A DNA stretch of 64,000 bases from Octopus sinensis. Lineage: Eukaryota. The stretch lies in the NCBI RefSeq assembly GCF_006345805.1, contig NC_042997.1, positions 43,648,001-43,712,000 of the forward strand, written 5' to 3'. Made by a program: the position numbers and the translations under genes. Of the stretch, positions 12,270 to 25,609 are shown one piece after another. The notes beneath the pieces are model-generated. The model was given only the letters and a program-made list of their open reading frames with translations, did no database searches and had not been told where the DNA came from. Each line of letters starts with the position of its first letter. The first letter of the stretch is position 1.

Positions 12270-12990
12270 GCAAATAAGTACCACTATTAGATATTGCAAC
12301 AGAAAATAGATCACACTGATGGGGAAAGACAGAGAAATAAACAGGAAAATGTGTAGAAACCTTGTAAAGAAAAATATAATAATGATTTAAGATTTTGGTA
12401 GAAGGCCAACAATTTTGGGGGAGGAGATAAGTCGATTACATCGACCCTAATACTCAACTGGTACCTATTTTATCGACCTCAAAAGGATGAAAAGCAAAGT
12501 CGCCCTCGATGGAATTTCAACTCAGACCGTAAAGACGGGCGAAATGCTGCTAAGCATTTCGCCCGACGTACTAACGATTCTACCAGCTCACTGCCCTAAA
12601 AATCCTTTCTACTATAGGGCACAAGGCCTGAAATTTAGGGGGACGGGACTAGTCGATTACATCAATCTAAATGTTTCACTGGTACTTAATTTATCGACCT
12701 TGAAAGGATGAAAGGCAAAGTCGACCACAGCGGAATTTGAACTCAGAACATAGCGACAGGAGAAATACCGCAAAATATTTTCGTCCAACATGCTAACGAT
12801 TCTGCCAGCTCATCGCCTTAATAATGTTAATAATATTTGCCTCAAATTTTGGCATGAGGCCAGTAATTTCTAGGAAGGAGGTAAGTCGATTACATTGACT
12901 CCAGTGTTCAACTGGGATTTATTTTATTGACCACGAATGGATGAAGGGCAAAGTCAGCCACGGCGGAATTTCAACTCAGAACGTAAGGGC
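12270..12990 (-). mobile_element. Cluster of ~4 SINE group A copies
   Basis: Repeated AGTCGATTACATCGACCC...TTTATCGACC...GGATGAAAGGCAAAGTC...AACTCAGAAC. Confidence 0.85.
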
Positions 12991-13542
12991 AGACGAGAAT
13001 AATAATAATAATAATAATGTTCTGTGACTATATTTAGCAGTACATTTTCCAACTAAATTTAGAGAATTTGAAAACTCACGGAATGTTACGGCAAACTCAT
13101 TCTGTTGTTTTTATCCAGTAGATCGAATATAGAGAACTCTAACGCTGCCTCTAAAGACGCACATGGAAAACAGTAATTTAGTATAAATGATATTTTTATG
13201 CATCCATTCTTCTTCTTCGCTCAACATTCCTGAGAGAGTTGTTGGGGTAGGCTTCGAGCACCTGCTCCATAAGTTCCTATCAGAAGCAGCCGTTATTACA
13301 CTTTCCGGGCTAAATTCTCAAGCTTCACCCACGGAGACTGTGAATATTATCCAACCATTCTTGGTCAACTCTTTCGTCTCCTACCAGTTGACTCGGCTTA
13401 AAGAATGCGTCTTGCGATTCTTGTCTGCAACATTCTAGTCACATGTCCGTTGTACCGGAGCTGAGACCTCTTATTGTGGAGAAGTAACGACTCGACCCGG
13501 AGAGACTCTCTGATCTCCCAGCTTTGCACTTAGTCGAGTAAC

Positions 13543-14177
13543 ATGTCCGCTACGTTCACTGTCATCAATTCACCGCAAGGAAAGTACACCGTCATCAGTT
13601 CACCATTTTTCTTCTTTCAATAAAATAGTCTTTAACTATTAATGGTGAGATACTATGGCTATAGGTGGAGGCGCAATGGCCCAGTGGTTAGGGCAGCGGA
13701 CACGCGGTCGTAGGATCGCGGTTTCGATTCCCAGACCGGGCATTGTGAGTGTTTATTGAGCGAAAACACCTAAAGCTCCACGAGGCTCCGGCAGGGGATG
13801 GTGGTGATCCCTGCTGTACTCTTTCACCACAACTTTCTCTCACTCTTACTTCCTGTTTCTGTTGTACCTGTATTTCAAAGGGCCGGCCTTGTCACTCTCT
13901 GTGTCACGCTGAATATCCCCGAGAACTACGTTAAGGGTACACGTGTCTGTGGAGTGCTCAGCCACTTACACGTTAATTTCACGATCAGGCTGTTCCGTTG
14001 ATTCGGATCAACCGGAACCCTCGTCGTCGTAACCAACGGAGTGCTTCCACTATGGCCATATTTTCTCGGTAAACTTTTCTCGCGATGTACTTTCCTCATG
14101 ATAAACTTTCTTCGCGGTGACTTGATGGCGGTGAACTCTCCTGCGATGAATTGATGGCGGTGAATTTATGTGTAATC
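13543..14177. mobile_element. MITE-like element with subterminal (TTCACCGC/CATCAA) repeats and a 10-bp TSD
   Basis: Identical GTCGAGTAAC at 13533-13542 and 14178-14187; TTCACTGTCATCAATTCACCGCAAGGAAAG on the left mirrors the right end in reverse complement. Confidence 0.7.
13667..14048 (+). mobile_element. SINE group R inserted in the MITE
   Basis: Full-length copy; TSD ACTATGGC(T/C)ATA. Confidence 0.92.
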
Positions 14178-14611
14178 GTCGAGTAACGTTACTCCAGAGA
14201 CCTTTCAGAGGAATCCTATTTCAGCCTCGCCATCATATTCTTTCTGCTTGTGTCTCCAGAAGCAGAAAGATTATGATCTGGCACTAAAACGGTTCCAATT
14301 TTGTTCGAGATGAAATGTGGTTGTCGCTGTTGTTCAACTCCAGACGATTCATGATCACATAAATTCTACGATTAAAGGCGTTTTAGCCGTGACCATCATG
14401 TCTTTTTCCAAAGTTCAGTGTATCTAGGATTACACAATCTAATGCGTCCTTATCAAAACAGTGAGATTTGAAAGACATTTGGCTGCTTGTTCTTGCAGCT
14501 TTGGCAACCATGTGCAATCTCACTCTTGCCATATTTTGATCGAATGATTTTTAGTGGCAGTTGTGATTATTCTTTTATTGTAGACGAAAATAATTGGAAT
14601 GATATTCTTTA

Positions 14612-15600
14612 TGTTACTTTGCCTTTCATCCTTTCGGGGTCGATTAATTAAGTACCAGTTGCGTACTGGGGCCGATCTAATCGACTGGCCCCCTCCCCCA
14701 AAATTTCGGGCCTGGTGCCTAGAGTAGAAAAGGATATTCTGTAAGTTACTAAATTATTGTCAACGAACTAGAAAATTTTGTGAGAGTTGACACCAGCTTC
14801 AAGCGATTTGTAAACAGTTTAGGCATGATTTGCGGTTAGGGTACACATTAGTGCTGTCTATTGCTTGTTAATGTTATTTTTTACCTCTCTAAGGCGGCGA
14901 GCTAGCAGAAACGTTAGCACGCCGGTTGAAATGATTCGCGGTATTTCGTCCGCCGTTACGTTCTGAGTTCAAATTCTGCCGAGTTCGACTTTGCCTTTCA
15001 TCCTTTCGGGGTCGATTAAAATAAGTACCAGTTACGCACTGGGGTCGATATAATCGACTTAATCCGTTTGTCTGTCCTTGTTTGTCCTCTCTGTGTTTAG
15101 CCCCTTGTGGGTAGTAAAGAAATAGGTATTTCGTCTGTCATTACGTTCTGAGTTCAAATTCCGCCGAGGTCGACTTTGCCTTTCACATTTCGGGGTCGAT
15201 AAATTAAGTACCAGTTGCATATTGGGTTCGATCAAAATTTCGGGCCTTGTGCCTAGAGTAGAAAAGAATATTATTGTTTTCCTCTCTAAGGCGACATGCA
15301 GGCAGAATCGTTAGCACGCCAGGCAAATTGCAAAGCGGTATTTCGCTCGTCGCTACGTTCTGAGTTCAAATTCCACCGAGGTCAACTTCAGCTTTCATCC
15401 TTTCGGAGTCGATAAATTAAGTACCAGCTGAGTACTGGGGTCGATGTAATCGACTATCTCCCCCCCCCCCATTTTCAGGCCTTGAAAATGTTGACTTTGC
15501 ATTTCATCCTTTCGTGGTCGATGAAATAAACACCGGTTGATCACTAGAGTTGACTTACCTCCTCTCTTGAAATTGCTGGCCTTGTATCAAAATTTGAAAT
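14612..15600 (+). mobile_element. Cluster of ~5 SINE group A copies
   Basis: Repeated head, body and tail motifs, including the long variant with the TTTGTCTGTCCTTGTTTGTCCTCTCTGTG insert. Confidence 0.88.
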
Positions 15601-15608
15601 TAATATTA

Positions 15609-16121
15609 CCGTAAATCCTCGAGTATAATCCGCATTTTTTTCCCAAAATTTAAAGGTCAAAATCCCTAGTGCGTACTATATACGAGGTTAAAAATGAAAA
15701 ATATTTTCTAATCAATGTCCGAGTCTCTATTTGCTGTCCAGCAATGTTTATTCAGATGCATTTTGTGATATCGGGCACAAAAATACCTTAAACTAAGCCT
15801 GAAAGCAATGAAGTCATAAAAGAATCATCCATAGCTTGCAGTAAGCATCATTTATTAAACGTTATTACTGTTATTTCTTTATTTTCTGCAAATAAAATGC
15901 ACAAAAAATCTACACGTTTGCATTATGTTTATATATACAATAATAATAAAGGACGTTACCGTATACATTTTTACAAACCATGGACGTTATATAGACCTCC
16001 TTGACTCAAGTTAGAGAAAGGGTGCGTATTATACACAAGGTTTAGGTTTTTCAGAGGTACAGCCCCCTAAAAATCCCCAGCGTATTATACTCAAGGGCGG
16101 ACTATACTCGAGGATTTACGG
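15609..16121. mobile_element. pogo-type (Tc1/mariner superfamily) MITE, 513 bp
   Basis: TIRs CCGTAAATCCTCGAGTATAATCCGC / GCGGACTATACTCGAGGATTTACGG; TA TSD at 15607-15608 and 16122-16123. Confidence 0.9.
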
Positions 16122-16651
16122 TACTTTCACCAAATTTCTGGTTTGGTGATATCATATAACGAATGTTCTATTTGAAATCTAGTTTATTGTTGAATTATTC
16201 ATACAATGCATAACGATTGCTCCTTCTTGAGGATATTTACACGTAAATTAGTAAATTATCCACTTTAATCATTAGAAATGTATTTAATAATTTGCAGATT
16301 TGTCTTTGCAGTTGAAAGGATTTAAAATCTAATGTGTCTGTAACTTACTATTGTGTATTTTATGTTGTTTGGAAACGTTTTACAAACAATGCTCAAAGTA
16401 ACAAACTCAAAGACAACACAAGTGAAATCCAGAGTATCGTTATTTCAGCCGTTTTATCATTCCTGATTCATTTATTGACTTTCTGATGCTTTCTCAGACG
16501 TTTGAAAGTCGAACATTTACCATCATTGATAGCATGCTTTTTTTTTGTAGCCAAAAAGTTTTTTTTGATTCCTTCTTCAGTTACTGGCATTTACTCCTGA
16601 AGAGTTTGTCAAGAGACCGTCAAATCTTATCACATCAAATCTATACAGTAT

Positions 16652-16835
16652 GTTAGTTAGTTAATTTTTTGGCTCAAAAGCAAAAAGCAAGGCCATGTAG
16701 GGGGACATGGAGTTAAGTACAGGGTGGTGTTTATGTAAAGAGTTCAGGCCACTTGAGGTCAAGGGAGACTTTGAACAAAGCGGTCGTCGGCATCTTCACC
16801 ATCTCGTCTGGCAGCTTGTTCCACGGATCCGCAAC
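16652..16835 (-). mobile_element. CR1 LINE extreme 3' end
   Basis: RVADPWNKLPDEMVKMPTTALFKVSLDLKWPELFT* plus (TAAC)n tail; nearly identical to the end of 42920-43525. Confidence 0.9.
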
Positions 16836-17261
16836 CCGCAATGGATGGGAATCTTGGTGAAGAATATGTGTAAGTCTACTGAACTGTTTAAAACAGGTTT
16901 TGCTCCTTATATTTGGCACCAAACGGGATCTTTAGAACTTTACAGTTTTCTAACAATTGTACGGAATTTTGTTTTCCAAATATCTGAGATATCTTGGGTA
17001 TCTCCATGTCATTTCATAATTACAAACTACAGTAGGAAAAGCTAATTTACAAAACAGAAAATTATTTAAGACGAATAAAGGAGCACACCATAGGTTAACA
17101 CAGATTGAGCCATTTTGTTGAGCATTGAGCACAAACTTCTTCTGTGTGAATCATCGAAAGATTTTCTTTTGTTCAATGTGAAAAATATAACTTGTACTGA
17201 GTTGATTACCACGCAAGTAAAGAATTTATGCTTTAATATTTATATGTATTTTAAGGTGACG

Positions 17262-17420
17262 ACCTGGCACAATCGCTAACGCGGGCAAAATGCTTAATCG
17301 CTAATTCTTTCAACCTTTCGGGGTCAATAAATTAAGTACCATTTGAGTAGTGGTGTCAATGTAATCGACTTAACCTTTCCCCGAAATTGCTGGCCTTGTG
17401 CCAAAATTTGAAACCAATGT
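17262..17420 (+). mobile_element. SINE group A, diverged
   Basis: CCTTTCGGGGTCAATAAATTAAGTACC...TTGCTGGCCTTGTGCCAAAATTTGAAA. Confidence 0.7.
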
Positions 17421-17649
17421 CTATATGTATTTTTGTTTTAATTTATGATCCCTTTATAACATATGCTACAAATCCGTTCTAACTTAATCCGGCTCTGCTT
17501 CTCCACGAACTTTGATAGTTGGAGTACCCTTTGAACTTTCAGTAATTATATTTATCATTGCTTCTGCATTTGTTTAAATAGCTGCTAGAAATCTAGAAAA
17601 AAATCCATTAACATCGTCTTCATTGTATGTTTTTTCAAGCCTCCAGGTC

Positions 17650-17915
17650 GATTGAGTCTGAGCTTATTCAAGTTTGTGAGGGGTCCAAACCAATGAGAAT
17701 AGCAGAGTCACTCCTGAACGAGACACTAATTACCAGCACAATTAATACCCCTCCCCAGTCTGCTGTCGCTGGATCTCATTGCCAGTTGAGGGTACCGAAA
17801 CAATGTGAAATGAAGTACCTTGCTCATGGATGCAGTGTGCAACCGATCCGAGAATCGAACCCAGATCTAATGATTGTGAACTCAGTACCCCATCCACTAT
17901 ACCACACGCCTTCAC
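17650..17915 (-). mobile_element. Old CORE-type tRNA SINE
   Basis: TGTGAAATGAAGTACCTTGCTCA (CORE reverse complement) followed by GAATCGAACCCAG B-box and an A-box remnant. Confidence 0.6.
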
Positions 17916-18446
17916 AACGGACGCCAGCAGAGAGTTGTAATTTGATTTAATAGACAGATACATCCTGTTTCATTGGCAGTCGCTGACAAAGAAAAAAAAC
18001 TGACTTCCTCCATGTCAGCTAGAGTTGTTGGCCTAATTTCTTCTGTACAACGATTGATAAATTTATTTTACATTTGTGGTGGTGACAGATATATGGCATT
18101 ACTATATTTTGTTTTATTTTGTTTTTGGACTTCTTAAAATGCTTCTTTTTTTTTTTTAAATAGTGCCAAGCATAGCTTTCTACTTTAATGTAATGCAGAA
18201 AGTTACCTTAATCTACATTATATGATTCACTCTAAGGTTATATTGTTTTCTTTTCTTTTTGAACAACCGAATAATTACGTCAAGTATCGAAGGAATTATT
18301 AGTTGAAAGTATGACATAAACAATTTCCGTGAACAAACAGTGTTTTTCAATCAGCTCAACGAAGAATTTGCATACTGTGCATTGCGTTGATTTTTGTGCT
18401 TGATGAATTTTTCATGGCCATCAACCATGTTTATCACCTTCCACTG

Positions 18447-18754
18447 AGTTTCTCAAATTGGATTATACAGAACACTACGGTTCCGTAAAAAAAATTTTTC
18501 CGGTGTTCCGTGACTTGACGTGCCTTGTAGTAAATATTTATTTTATAAAATAATGATGTTCAACATTTTTTCAAACTGTTAAATTATTATATAATTTTAT
18601 ATGAATAAATTCTCTCTATAAGAATTTTTGGTTCGTTTAATATCAAATTAAATTTAAAGCAGGGGTAAATCGTCCGTAAAATGTAGACATGGATCCCACA
18701 GTTTTTCGAAAATCGTATAAGGGTTCGACGACAAAATAATTTGAGGAATCGCTG
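18447..18754. mobile_element. hAT/Charlie-like MITE remnant
   Basis: Ends GTTTCTCAAA... and ...TTGAGGAATCGCTG; subterminal GGTTCCG repeats; no clear TSD. Confidence 0.45.
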
Positions 18755-18897
18755 ACCTAAGGCATTTTTCAAATCACAGAGTGGAACATTTACATACTCC
18801 ATACTTACAGCAGCCAATGATTGATGACAAAATGTAATGCAATATACATAATGCGCTTCTTAGCCACTGGAACTCGGTTCCCCATGCTTGAAATATC

Positions 18898-19646
18898 TGT
18901 AGCGATAGAAATTTATTAGTATACACTATTATAATGAGTCGGAGTCAACAGTTGTGACGATAAAAATTTGTTGTTATGATTGTATGTTGTAGGATGTGAA
19001 AGATGAACAATGCGTGAAGTTTTAAGAAAGTATTTATTTACCGTTACGTTACAATACTTTGCCTCGACGGGCAGGTTATGATAAATCCAAAAGCATGCGA
19101 AAGAAATATGCGGTAAAATGTTTCTTTGCATAGTTTGGCGTATACGAATAGTTAGTAGTAATCCACAGATAGCGATAGAATGATGTTGTAAGAGAACAGA
19201 ATTAGAGCTAGTGAGAATTGTAGGGTGTTGTCTCACATTTGCTGACAGTAATCTTCACTCCTCCCTCTGACCAAGGTTCTAGCTGGTCAGCCAGACTTCG
19301 TTGTCACCGACTGTCACGACCTGGCTGAGTCGTCACCGACTGTGACTAACTGATTTTTGCTTGGGGTGTGCTTACTTTTATAACTATCCAGAAGGATAGA
19401 TATATCATTGAGAACAATAGATTTAGTTGGTGGTCTTGTTATCTCTATTCTAGCTTTTGGTGAAGTAGAAGAGGTTAGAAAGGGCCAAGTGGTAAAGACA
19501 TTATTTCAGCCTAGCTGGAAAATGTAAAACTGCTTTCAGAAAAGAAAAAAACCATTGTTCCACCGTGGGAAAAGTTCTGTTGCAGTGTTAATTTAAATTT
19601 GGCTATGGTGGATCGAATCCACTTCATGCTTGCAAGATCCACTACG
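18898..19646 (-). mobile_element. Solo LTR, same family as 7113-7835
   Basis: TGTA start, TACG end (CA>CG); 4-bp TSD TATC (18894-18897 / 19647-19650). Confidence 0.8.
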
Positions 19647-20317
19647 TATCTACGTTTACTTCTTTTCATTGGAAACAGAGAACTGCTTGGGAGACAATAT
19701 GAGTTTGGTAGATATGAGATTATGTTATCTTTACAGATGGCGTTTATTTAAGCTTAGCGAATTAAGAAAACAGAACCAGTGTATCTGTTGGAGTATTGTT
19801 CGAGTTTAGATTTAGAAATGGAATCTGCTGTCCTCACCCGAATTATGAACAGGAGTTACAGAAGAAAATACACTGCTGTCATGCAAAGATACATCGTCAG
19901 TGGCCGATTTCGATATAAAGTGTATTCATAAGTGGAAACATTGTCAAAGAGACCACTAGGTTTAGACAGAGGTGGGTGTGGGTCTTTGGCAGAGAGACTG
20001 GAATATTTAGAGAGTTTTCAGCAGAAGCTCCCAAGTAGTCAGAAAGACTGCTAGAATCAGACGGTTTCTATCAGCAAAGACCAAGACAGAGAGACTGGAA
20101 TATCTAAATAAATGATTTTCGCCAATACAAACACTGTCAGGGAAACCTCTGGAATTAGAGACAAAGAAATCAAAGAGTGGGGTGCTTCCGTCAGTAGAAT
20201 ATTCGAGAATATATCATCATCATTACAATCATTACCACCACTACTACTTGCAGAGAAAATAGCACTAATATCCATTTCAGTGTGGAATCTGTTAGCTTTA
20301 TTTATGGCATGAGACTC

Positions 20318-20529
20318 TCTTTACTCTTTTACTCTTTTACTTGTTTCAGTCATTTGACTGCAGCCATGCTGGAGCACCGCCTTTAGTCGAGCAAATCGAC
20401 CCCGGGACTTATTCTTTGTAAGCCCAGTACTTATTCTATCGGTCTCTTTTGCCGAACCGCTAAGAGACGGGGACGTAAACACACCAGCATCGGTTGTCAA
20501 GCAATGCTAGGGGGACAAACACAGACACA

Positions 20530-20627
<98 letters not shown>

Positions 20628-20787
20628 TACCACAGGCTTCTTTCAGTTTCCGTCTACCAAATCCACTCACAAGGCATTGGTCGGCCCGGGGCTATAGCAG
20701 AAGACACTTGCCCAAGATGCCACGCAGTGGGACTGAACCCAGAACCATGTGGTTGGTTAGCAAGCTACTTACCACACAGCCACTCCT
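20318..20787 (-). mobile_element. CORE-type SINE group C with an internal (TA)n(TG)n microsatellite
   Basis: Minus-strand head AGGAGTGGCTGTGTGGTAAGTAGC..., CORE-like GGCATCTTGGGCAAGTGTCTT, (AAAGAGT)n tail. Confidence 0.88.
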
Positions 20788-21393
20788 TTAAAAATTATTT
20801 TTATTTTATGGAACGAAGTAATTTTGATGAAATACGAACATGATCAGATTCAGGATAACAAGTATTTAAAATATTTTAAATAATTTTTTTAAAAACCTTT
20901 GTATAATGCAGACATCCATGAATTGCAATATCGTGCTGCCTCCTTTTGGCAAACAAATTCTTCAACTGTATTCTTTGCAATGTTTGTATCAGCATAATTT
21001 TTTAGAATAGTGGACACAATTTCTATATCAGCATAATTTTAAGAATAGTAAAGTTGTTTGGAGCACAACGTTTGTATCAGCATATTTTTGGGATAGTATT
21101 GTTAAGGGCACAACGTTTGTATCGAGACCTTTTTTTAGAATAAGGGCGCAACCTGTGACAAAATTAACTTAGAACTATAATGTATTATTATCTGGTGTAT
21201 AACATCTAAAATATTTGAGTATGTACAGGGTGTGTAAGCTAGATGATTGTCAAACCTCGCCTAAGAATGATAATCACGCCCCAGACTACCTTTTAGACGA
21301 CACTATACTGCATTCAATAAATATTTTTTTATTTCTTTCACTCTCTTATATTGATAATTTGATTGAAGCCACATTCTACTAATCCATATCGAA

Positions 21394-21776
21394 GGAAGCA
21401 CTCCGTCGGTTACGACGACGAGGGTTCCGGTTGATCCGAATCAACGGAACAGCCTGCTCATGAAATTAACGTGTAAGTGGCTGAGCACTCCACAGACACG
21501 TGTACCCTTAACGCAGTTCTCGGGGATATTCAGCGTGACACAGAGAGTGATAAGGCCGGCCCCTTGAAATACAGGTACAACAGAAACAGGAAGTAAGAGT
21601 GAGAGAAAGTTGTGGTGAAAGAGTACAGCAGGGATCACCACCATCCCCTGCCGGAGCCTCGTGGAGCTTTTAGGTGTTTTCGCTCGATAAACTCTCACAA
21701 CGCCCGGTCTGGGAATCGAAACTGCGATCCTACGACCGCGAGTCCGCTGCCCTAACCACTGGGCCATTGCGCCTCC
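21394..21776 (-). mobile_element. SINE group R
   Basis: Full length; 16-bp TSD TCTACTAATCCATATC (21375-21390 / 21779-21794). Confidence 0.93.
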
Positions 21777-21977
21777 ACTCTACTAATCCATATCATTGAT
21801 CCAATGGCGAGCTGAGTGTATATATGCTCATGAATTAGGCTTCGCTCTCTGAAAATTATCCCATTATTTCATGACTGGCCTGTGCTGATTAAATTAAACA
21901 TACATCGACTGCCATCGTCGCGTAGAAAGGTAAAACACATGTGATGCACTTCACTGTTGAGAACCGATAAATGTTAA

Positions 21978-22199
21978 CCTTTTCATGTTTAAACCGGCCA
22001 TACCTGGCCCAAAATATTCTACCCCTTTTTTGTTCAAACTGGCCTTACCCTGCATCTCACACCTTTCCTACGACATCGTACTAAAGATTTTAAAAAGCAC
22101 ATCATCAAAATCTCAATGTAAAATAACAAATGAGTATTTCAAAACAATGTGAACAAATAAACATATAAGAGTCAACAGAATAATCTGAATGCTAAAGGG
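21978..22199. mobile_element. piggyBac-type MITE
   Basis: TTAA-CCTTTTCATG... and ...ATGCTAAAGGG ends; TTAA on the left, degenerate on the right. Confidence 0.6.
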
Positions 22200-23854
22200 T
22201 TGCGTTAACGGAGTCTCAAATTTAGGACAACACTTTTCCATCGAAGTGCTTGACTGCTTCATGTTGAATATGGACGACATGTGAAGAATCTAAAGAGATG
22301 CGAAACGACAGTAATTCATTTCCCGATCGCAAACTCACATTAACTTGAACTTTAATAGAAAACAATCCTCAAAATAAGACTCAATTTCTTTATACATACG
22401 TGATGTATTATACATTAGCAAATGCATCAGTTCAGTCACTTTCAGAAAAAACTTAGTTCAACAAATTCTGCAGCTACTGCTGCTGCTAATTCTGCTACTG
22501 CTGCCGCTACTGTTGCTGCTGTTGTTATTGTTGTTTAGCCCAAGGTCAACCATGATTGAGTAAATTGATGATCCAAGGTGTTTGAGCTCTGATCATTCCG
22601 TCTTATTTTAGGACGTACATAAGTGGACATTACCAAATGGATCCTTTTCTTTTTAAAAGATAGTAGGGTGTGATTTGTTTTGTAAAGGTGTGTGGCCATG
22701 TCGACACATCTTAAGGCTGTATGTTCGATTCCCAAGTCAGACTGCACGCTGTGTCCTTGAGCAAGGCATTTCATTTCATGTTATTCCTGTCCCTTCATTT
22801 GAAAATGGGTTACGCCTGCTGTAGATTGGCACCTCGCGGACTATGTATTTCAAATCTTGTACATATAAGGTATTTATGGTTCTCGATAGCTGCGGCTGTA
22901 TGATGACGATGATGTGATTTAAGAAAGATTTAGTTATTATTTCTAGTAGGTTGTTCAACCGTTTAGAGCAGGAGCTGTCAACATTTTCCCCAGCATACCT
23001 CCTTTGTCATGTACGAAAGTGTTAGCGTAACCCATGTGAAGAATGTAGTGTAGAATAGTGTGATACTGTAGAACACAAAAGACATGTATTATTTGTTACT
23101 AATTTAATTATATTTAGCAAATTTGCCTTTCGTCCTTCAAGAATCGATAGAATAAAGTACCAGTCAAGTACTGGGATCAATAAAATCGATTGCTTCCTCA
23201 TACAGATTTATAATTTTGTGCCAAACTGTGCAAGAAACCGTCTTTTAATTTAAGGCTACGTTTTTTAACGAAACGTATTTTCTTGGCTTTCCCTGTCGAG
23301 TAACACAATCCTAGGCAGTTTCAGAGAAGCACGAGTGAAAGATAAAAGGTAAAAAAAATAGACAATAGATGAAATGCAACTGAGAAGTTTCAACAGTCGA
23401 GTCGCTGAAATGTTTGCAGCTCCGTTGTTGCAACTCGGTTGTTTTTCTCTTCATAACTAAATATTTTCCGTTCTGTTAATATTACTACTAAGAAAACTAA
23501 TATATTCAACTACAACTTGCAGCGCCTGTTAACTGCAAATGAATATTTAATTTCACAGTTTACGGTGCCGAGATACAATTCTCAGACACCTGTCACACAC
23601 AGCTGTTATCGCAATTACAGGCGTGTCACACAAGTCAGTTATAATAATAACCCCAAATTCTTAGCATTTCAAGGAAAGTTTTCGTGTAAATCGAAATGCC
23701 TCAAACTAATTGCTTTACTAACATGCACGATATAAACTAGTTTTGTCTTCTTTATGGACAACTATGGAATTTATTACTTTTAAGAAATTTTACCCTGCTT
23801 GATTTCATTAAGTAGATTGCTAAGATTAATTATCATGTGAGAAAAAAAAAGTCA

Positions 23855-23872
23855 TTGATGATGATGATGATA

Positions 23873-23940
<68 letters not shown>

Positions 23941-24008
23941 GGTAATGATGATGATGATGATGATGAGGAGGAGGAGGAGGAGGAGGACGACGACGACGAC
24001 GACGACGA
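23855..24008. repeat. Compound (GAT)n(GAG)n(GAC)n microsatellite
   Basis: Directly visible. Confidence 0.95.
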
Positions 24009-24099
24009 TGTATTCCATCAAGAAGCAGGCATTCAAGAAAGAGTTATGATAGAAAACTCCACCAGCAGAAAACTGGCCGGCAACCATTTGCGTTAAACG

Positions 24100-24895
24100 C
24101 GTGAATCAGAATGCAGAACGCCATGGCCAGCTTCAACGGCACGTGGGGAGTTGGGGAGGCAAAGTAATATATGCGGGGTGGGATAAGCAAAACATATACA
24201 GGATGCAGAAATGGACAAAGTGAAGACACACTTGTTGACTAAGAACCTTTGACAGGAAGCAGAGACGGAAAGTCTGATAATCGCTGCATAAGATCAGAAT
24301 CTTGCAATGTGTTCCTACCGCCATCGCTTCATCGAGGATGCAACAAATCTATAATCTGGGATCTATGGAAAACATGAAGAAACCATTAACCACATCGTCT
24401 CTGGACACATGGAACAAGCGATTACTGAATACATCCACATGCACAACAAGGCAGCGGAGAATTTGCAGGTATTATAAAATAAAGACAACTGAGAAGTAGC
24501 ATCAACATCAGCCAGTGATGGTCACTAAGAACATCAACATCCTCTGGGACATAGCCATACACACACTCAGGGAGCGAGGGAGCGCGCGGAAGAGAGAGAA
24601 AGGAGAGTTAAAAGAAGGGAGGAGAGAGAGAAAGAGATCAAAATCAAAAGTATGAGGAACATGAAGAACGAAATAATACCGGTGATTATTGGAACACTAG
24701 GATTCACGATGAAGGAAATGGAAACGTTCACCAACTGGAAACATTCACCCGGCAAAAGATTCCAGAACATTGCACCACTTGGAACAGCCAATCAACTGAC
24801 ATCTTCTCTATTGCGCTTCAAGCCCATAGTTTGGACCCGGCATTAGCACAAAAGGAGCAGCAACAACAACAGCACCAATCATTATTATAATTTTT
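24100..24895 (+). mobile_element. Decayed R4/Dong-clade non-LTR 3' fragment
   Basis: AETESLIIAA*DQNLA; EETINHIVSG; ICRYYKIKTTEK; INILWD; EIIPVIIGTLG; trinucleotide tail. Confidence 0.75.
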
Positions 24896-24970
24896 GTGCA
24901 TTCTGTCCGTCTGTAACATAACTTCCAATTTAGCTCGCAACTCCTTCTCTCTCTCTCTCTCTCTCCTTCT

Positions 24971-25008
<38 letters not shown>

Positions 25009-25045
25009 CTCCCTCTGTATAAATGAATATATGCATTCACTAGGA

Positions 25046-25420
25046 GGAAGCACTCCGTCGGTTACGACGACGAGGGTTCCGGTTGATCCGAATCAACGGA
25101 ACAGCCTGCTCGTGAAATTAACGTGTAAGTGGCTGAGCACTCCACAGACACGTGTACCCTTAACGTAGTTCTCGGGGATATTCAGTGTGACACAGAGAGT
25201 GACAAGGCCGGCCCTTTGAAATACAGGTACAACAGAAACAGGAAGTAAGAGTGAGAGAAAGTTGTGGTGAAAGAGTACAGCAGAGATCACCACCATCCCC
25301 TGCTGGAGCCTCGTGGAGCTTTTTAGGTGTTTTCGTTCAATAAACACTCGGTCTGGGAATCGAAACCGCGATCCTACGACCGCGAGTCCGCTGCCCTAAC
25401 CACTGGGCCATTGCACCTCC
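25046..25420 (-). mobile_element. SINE group R
   Basis: Full length; TSD ATGCATTCA. Confidence 0.92.
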
Positions 25421-25609
25421 ATGCATTCATGAACACATGTACACACATATATTACTCAAAACTATCGTTAAACAGAGAACAAAAATATAATCTTAATTTA
25501 GTTTGCGTCCCTACATCATCCTCCCACTCTTTTCCGTGCCCTCTATCTCTCCCTCTCTTTTCCCTCTCTTTTTCGTGCCCTCTATATCTCCCTCTCTTTT
25601 CCCTCACTT

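Larger units (their letters stand above)
13190..14260 (-). mobile_element. 3' fragment of an RTE/Rex-Babar-type LINE, split by a MITE
   Basis: With 13543-14187 removed, minus strand reads AEIGFL*KVSGVTLLD*VQSWEIRESLRVESLLLHNKRSQLRYNGHVTRMLQTRIARRIL*AESTGRRRK...WLDNIHSL...AASDRNLW. Confidence 0.8.

Noticed and set aside
19650-20312. Unique-looking sequence with short ORFs next to the solo LTR
   Set aside because: The LTR has a TSD on both sides, so this is not its internal region; no recognisable protein
22275-22320. GTGAAGA-ATCT AAAG AGAT-GCGAAA-CGACAG-TA hammerhead-like string
   Set aside because: Core C3 missing, no adjacent stem I, stem III not palindromic
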